From IMG/VR virus record IMGVR_UViG_2930950021_000002: a stretch of DNA of 64,000 nucleotides; one strand, 5' to 3'. Below are positions 59,451 to 64,000 of the stretch, in pieces (the first letter of the stretch is position 1; every line of letters starts with the position of its first letter). A program made the position numbers and the translations under genes. The notes beneath the pieces were generated by a model that saw only the letters and a program-made list of their open reading frames with translations, was not told the origin of the DNA and did not search any database. Source of the stretch: a virus.

Positions 59451-60428
59451 TTAGTTAGCTCCCTTTTCGTTTGTGGTTGGTTTTGCGTCTTCATTCTGCT
59501 GCGTTGCTCGTTCCTTATCAGTCGTGGCCTTTAGTTCGACATACAACTTTTTTAGGCTGTCTACTGGCCAGTCCTCTAACGGTGGTCGCCCGGTCGTGAC
59601 ACGTTCAAGTTGAAGTTTGGCTGCATTGCTTCCCTTAACCAAGTCAGCAATGGCACCTAACGCTTTCTTGGATCGCTCTTTTTCTTGTGCACGAACATCC
59701 ACACCTTTTTCGGCCCAATCATAAATCTTGTGGCCAACCTCGCGTGACAGTGGTTCGGGGTGCGTGAAGATTGAAGAGTTATCCTTGGTTGGTTGTGCAA
59801 CGTGGTTTTCGTAAACCTGAAAGGCGATCGCAAACTCATATTCCAGTGAGTCTTTTTGCTCGATTTTTAGGCCAACCTTTTCAACTTGTGCTTTACCGTT
59901 GTCGTCCGTGGTGACTTCCACACCTTGCTTGCTACGCGCTGTCGCGATGACGTGGACGTCTTGATCGGTGAGCAGTTTGAGAAAATTGCGCTGTTCCGGG
60001 GCCACGTCCTTCCAGCCACCAATACCGCGGCTATTGCTGCTATCAACCTGCTGTAGCACACCACCTTCACCACTCCACGCGTTTGAGATACCGTCAATAA
60101 CGACAACCTGGCAGCCATACTGCTTAAGGCTGGCAAACGCGTCTAGGTAGTGTGCTGAATCAAATGGCGCCTCTAAGTCAACCTTGGGGAACTCTCCGAT
60201 ACGCACACCATCGTGTTCTGTGTCTACGTAGAGATTGGTTCGTTTGTGTTCGGTGTCAATGACGCCTACTTTGTCCCACTGCTCTTCGCTGGTTGCGTCT
60301 GGGTACATCCCTTCCATCATTCCCTTAGCAATCAGCAGGGATCCTAGGGTCTTACCTGAACCACTGGCACCCATCACTAAGATTGGCACCTTGATTTTTT
60401 GACGCTTAGCTTTGACAATTCGTGCCAT
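59451..60428 (-). CDS. Copy 2: AAA/Sak4-like ATPase
   Basis: Same protein as copy 1. Confidence 0.88.
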   Translation of the reverse strand: MARIVKAKRQKIKVPILVMGASGSGKTLGSLLIAKGMMEGMYPDATSEEQWDKVGVIDTEHKRTNLYVDTEHDGVRIGEFPKVDLEAPFDSAHYLDAFASLKQYGCQVVVIDGISNAWSGEGGVLQQVDSSNSRGIGGWKDVAPEQRNFLKLLTDQDVHVIATARSKQGVEVTTDDNGKAQVEKVGLKIEQKDSLEYEFAIAFQVYENHVAQPTKDNSSIFTHPEPLSREVGHKIYDWAEKGVDVRAQEKERSKKALGAIADLVKGSNAAKLQLERVTTGRPPLEDWPVDSLKKLYVELKATTDKERATQQNEDAKPTTNEKGAN

Positions 60429-60429
60429 G

Positions 60430-61323
60430 TTATCCCTCCTTACTAATCATTTGAACATTGATCCCCAACTGCTTGATACCAGCCCATGCTTGCGTGAGTT
60501 GCTTGTGCGTGCCTGTCAGCTTAATGGTGATGGTCTGTGGGACAACCTCACCTGTGTTGGTGTCCACAGTCTCACTGCCGCGTTTCACTTGGTGAGTGGC
60601 CGCTACTGCCTTGGCAGCTTCATCAGCCAAACGCTTCTTTTCTGCTGCCGCTTTAGCCAAGGAATCCCGGCGGTCGGCCGCCTGATTGATCTTCTGCAAG
60701 ATGTCATCAACCTTGAAGCCTTGTCCTAGCATGGCAACCCAGCCGCTTGACTCAATCTCCATCTGATCGGCGTAGGTGCGCACGGTCTGGATATCGGTAG
60801 CACGCTGGTCACGATCCTTGCGCAACTGCGTCATGGCTTCGGCAATCTGCTCCAACAGCTTTTTGTGACTGAGTGACTTAAGTAGCCATCCCGGCTGCAC
60901 TTCAATATCGGTTACGGAAACCCCGTAGTTAGGTGCCATCTCAGCAATTTCAGTCTTGACCGAGTCATACCGTGCTTGACGTTCTTGTGTTTCAACTTCT
61001 TCAATCTTGCTATCTAGCGGATCAAGAAGATCTTTGACTTTATCGCCTAGTCCCTTCATGAGTTTGTCAAAGTCGGCCATAGGCTTTTTGTACTGGCGAT
61101 CCGTTTCTAGCCGTTTATCGTTGATGGATTTAGCAATCTTGTTGATGTTGGCCCGCATTTTCTTCGTGTCGGCCACATTGTTCGATGTCACCACGAAGTC
61201 TTGACCATACTTAGTGACTACCCCGTTTACAGCCATTTCAAGCTGCTCTAGGTTGTTAATCTTGATTGGGGTAGGATTGACCTCAATACTTGGTTCAAAT
61301 GCTACAAGCTCGTTTTCAGCCAT
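60430..61323 (-). CDS. Copy 2: DUF1351 protein
   Basis: Same protein as copy 1. Confidence 0.8.
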   Translation of the reverse strand: MAENELVAFEPSIEVNPTPIKINNLEQLEMAVNGVVTKYGQDFVVTSNNVADTKKMRANINKIAKSINDKRLETDRQYKKPMADFDKLMKGLGDKVKDLLDPLDSKIEEVETQERQARYDSVKTEIAEMAPNYGVSVTDIEVQPGWLLKSLSHKKLLEQIAEAMTQLRKDRDQRATDIQTVRTYADQMEIESSGWVAMLGQGFKVDDILQKINQAADRRDSLAKAAAEKKRLADEAAKAVAATHQVKRGSETVDTNTGEVVPQTITIKLTGTHKQLTQAWAGIKQLGINVQMISKEG

Positions 61324-61766
61324 TTACGGACACCCCTTTCAATCTTGCTAGTTTTCCTTTTGTTCGATAAAACTGTGTGAAGTCATGAAGCAGCTGCTTA
61401 TCCTGATTAACCGGCGTTGACGCAATACGCTGTTGCAAGCCAATCTCCATAGCTTCATATGCCTTGATTAAGACTAATTTTCTCGTTTTACTCATGTTTA
61501 CCTCCCAATAGCTGTTGCAAAATATGATGTTTCCGTCTACTATCGGAGTAGAAAATTCTTGTCATGGGATTTGTCTGTTGGCTCGCTAGCGCTGCCCTGC
61601 TAACGGGCTTTTTTCGTGCATTCATTAATTGAAACTCGGTACGTTTCAGATTATTTTCTGTTGTTTGACTTAGCTCGATGCTTCTCATCACCCTTCAATG
61701 CTTGACGTTCATACATGGTTCTTAGCAAGCCACCAAGTCCGAAAACTAGTGTGAAGATGATTACTG

Positions 61767-62093
61767 CTACCATGGCAGCTCTTCCCAATGCTTATCTAAC
61801 CAAGCTGCCATAGTGCTTGCCTTAAACAGCCAAGGTGAACCATTACCCTTCGATTCCCGAATTTCATTGTGATTAATCATGGATTGAATATCCTTGCTGT
61901 AGCGCGGATTGTACAAGATATTGTCCTTAACCCAGACTGCTTGTTTGTGGCCTAACCAGTCACGCAAGTCATTCATTGTCCACGTCCGACCTACCACCGA
62001 CTGTGAACGCAAGTCGCTTAGTTCATCTGAACTGACTAGCTCAAAACTGTCAGGGACTTGAATAGCAACTTTTGCTTCAATTGTTTGTCCCAT
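61767..62093 (-). CDS. Copy 2: DUF771 protein
   Basis: Same protein as copy 1. Confidence 0.8.
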   Translation of the reverse strand: MGQTIEAKVAIQVPDSFELVSSDELSDLRSQSVVGRTWTMNDLRDWLGHKQAVWVKDNILYNPRYSKDIQSMINHNEIRESKGNGSPWLFKASTMAAWLDKHWEELPW

Positions 62094-62181
62094 ATCATCA
62101 CTCCTTACTCAAACATGTGGTCGTGATAAACACCGATAATGATTCCGACTAGAAGGCAACCGATTAAACGTAAGGCAATCA

Positions 62182-62460
62182 TTAGCTCACCAGCATTTCT
62201 GTAATATCAAACACCGTTTCATAAACTTTGTGCTCTAACGAGTCATCAATATTTTCAATCCCTTGGTTAGCTAAGGCGGTTAGAACATCACGCGGGATAG
62301 GCTCGTCAGTTTTGACAGAAAACTCAGTTTTACCAATTGCAGTTGCAGCAACAATCTGTGCCCGAATATCATCATAAAAATGACGGCTGTGTGCCTGTAA
62401 CGCTGCTAGTTTTACTTCTTGTGCAAAATATTCTGGGTTCATATGGGTTCCTTCTTTCAA
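62182..62460 (-). CDS. Copy 2: hypothetical protein
   Basis: Same protein as copy 1. Confidence 0.65.
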   Translation of the reverse strand: MKEGTHMNPEYFAQEVKLAALQAHSRHFYDDIRAQIVAATAIGKTEFSVKTDEPIPRDVLTALANQGIENIDDSLEHKVYETVFDITEMLVS

Positions 62461-62510
62461 TAATTTTTAAGGTATACTTGAGTTATCCCAATTAATCGAG
62501 GTGAGCATCT

Positions 62511-62954
62511 ATGAATATACGAGAAGCAGCGTTATTTCAATATAGTTTTGACTTTTTCCTTAAACTTGCTAAAGAAAGTAAAAAAACATGTGTATGGAAA
62601 CTAGATCAGCAATTGTTTACAGCTTGTTTTTACGATTCCACTCTGTTCAGCGAAGATGAAGACAGCCAATCATTTTTTGACAAAACCTTGAAGACTGCAA
62701 TACTTCACATTGATCCTTATGGAGATTCGATCAATAAGTTCAAAAACAATTTGCCCTTACTAATTGACAAGCTTTCGAATTTTGTAGTATCGAACGATCT
62801 TTCTAAATACAATTTGTCAGATGAGTTATTGGCTAAAAATGTTTCTTTTATTGGGAAAAATATAAGTGGCTTAGACTTTTACCTTTTCCCAGAAAACGCA
62901 AGTTTTGAGGTTGTATCAATCATTTCATCCGAAACTTTGGATCAAAATGTTTGA
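62511..62954 (+). CDS. Copy 2: antisense moron
   Basis: Same protein as copy 1. Confidence 0.75.
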   Translation: MNIREAALFQYSFDFFLKLAKESKKTCVWKLDQQLFTACFYDSTLFSEDEDSQSFFDKTLKTAILHIDPYGDSINKFKNNLPLLIDKLSNFVVSNDLSKYNLSDELLAKNVSFIGKNISGLDFYLFPENASFEVVSIISSETLDQNV

Positions 62955-63132
62955 TATATTCCAGCACCCTTTGAAGCTCGGTACCTAGTTGCTGAGCTTT
63001 TTTTATGGCGTTTTTTAGGTCTTCACCATTTTCTAAAACTAACGTGATTCCAAGCTCTTCTTGGCTTGATGAGAAAGTCTTTTCATATTTTCTAACACCT
63101 AACATCTTTTCTTTTTCTGCCATTTTATTCAT
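62920..63132 (-). CDS. Copy 2: hypothetical protein
   Basis: Same protein as copy 1. Confidence 0.6.
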   Translation of the reverse strand: MNKMAEKEKMLGVRKYEKTFSSSQEELGITLVLENGEDLKNAIKKAQQLGTELQRVLEYIKHFDPKFRMK

Positions 63133-63138
63133 TCCTCC

Positions 63139-63336
63139 CTATGCTGTCTGCTCACCAAAATGCAAATACAAGTCACTCATACCCAGTAAATCGCAAGCAC
63201 TGTACAAAGCTTCTCGATTTGCTTCTTGCAGGTCTTCAAAAGATGGTTCATGTCCATCAACCTTCATATTTTCACGTGGTGACTCGTTGTACGAAATCAA
63301 GAACTCCATCGCTTCCCGAACACTATCAAATTCCAT
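63139..63336 (-). CDS. Copy 2: hypothetical protein
   Basis: Same protein as copy 1. Confidence 0.7.
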   Translation of the reverse strand: MEFDSVREAMEFLISYNESPRENMKVDGHEPSFEDLQEANREALYSACDLLGMSDLYLHFGEQTA

Positions 63337-63348
63337 ATTGATTCCTCC

Positions 63349-64000
63349 CTAATATTCTTCGTTCCAAACTTGATACCGGATGGCAAATTCTTTGACGATT
63401 GCTGTGTAAATCTCAATCAGCTTCTTGTCATGAGCAATCACATCAACCTTTGTTGTATTCTTACGCTGAGTTTTTGAAGTCCCTTCCTCAGCCATTCGAC
63501 GTCTCAAGTTGGTTAACCGTGTCTTAAGTGATACCCCACCTCGCCGGTCTACCTCATCGTAGATATCGTTGCGAGTCATCTTGTATGATTCACCTGTGTT
63601 ACCTTGCTGACGTGCAATCTTACTGATGAGGTGTGAAGTCTCATTCCGCCAATCCATGGTAGACGTGGCAACAATCTCACTAACACCATCAATTTTGTTT
63701 TCGAGGCGGTGCTGATTGCGTTCGTTAGCTGCTAACTTATCTACAACACCCTGCATGAATTGAAGCTCGGGTGATAGACCAGAATTATTTAATTGTGGTT
63801 TAGGATTGAAATAGTTCTCTTCAAGCTGGTCAAATACATCCCATGCCTTATCAGTTCCTAACATTTTTGCGTGACGGCTAGCACCTCGTTTAGTCCAGAG
63901 GTACAGATGACTTGCAAACTTATTTATAGGCAGGTCGAAATTTTCTACTTGGCTTTTAAACTCTTTTAAATCAGCGCCCTCAAGAAGATAGTAATGAACT
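63349..64000 (-). CDS. Copy 2: ORF6N antirepressor (5' end beyond the window)
   Basis: Same sequence as copy 1. Confidence 0.85.
   Translation of the reverse strand, partial: VHYYLLEGADLKEFKSQVENFDLPINKFASHLYLWTKRGASRHAKMLGTDKAWDVFDQLEENYFNPKPQLNNSGLSPELQFMQGVVDKLAANERNQHRLENKIDGVSEIVATSTMDWRNETSHLISKIARQQGNTGESYKMTRNDIYDEVDRRGGVSLKTRLTNLRRRMAEEGTSKTQRKNTTKVDVIAHDKKLIEIYTAIVKEFAIRYQVWNEEY

Larger units (their letters stand above)
43325..64000. mobile_element. Second tandem copy of the same prophage, internally deleted (copy-1 13243-30374 missing), runs past the window end
   Basis: ORFs identical at offset +43,048 up to ~51.4 kb and +25,900 after ~59.4 kb; join at 56280/56281. Confidence 0.9.

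Overview
Almost the whole window is a temperate, HK97-type cos siphophage of a Lactobacillaceae-like host, present as a head-to-tail tandem. Copy 1 spans 277-43324 (unit length 43,048 bp) and is complete: lysis, tail, head, packaging, late control, replication, early and lysogeny modules, plus a tyrosine integrase. It appears to be integrated at the 3' end of a tRNA (probably tRNA-Ser). Copy 2 starts at an attP-like junction (43325-43444) and runs off the window end. It lacks 17,132 bp (copy-1 13243-30374), and about 17 single-base losses cluster around that join, so this part is probably a low-coverage long-read artefact. The most notable non-protein signals are three. (i) A group I ribozyme-like RNA with its own promoter and terminator, lying antisense between the genetic switch and cro (38.5-39.0 kb), with a covarying P7 variant and almost no 5' exon. 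(ii) A ~690-nt structured late RNA region (26.74-27.43 kb) with one tRNA-Ser(CGA)-like gene, three D-arm-less tRNA-like modules, a long-range helix and a pseudoknot (GOLLD-like position). (iii) A type I toxin-antitoxin-like small-peptide locus next to attL. All structures and family names are by eye from the sequence; no database searches were run.
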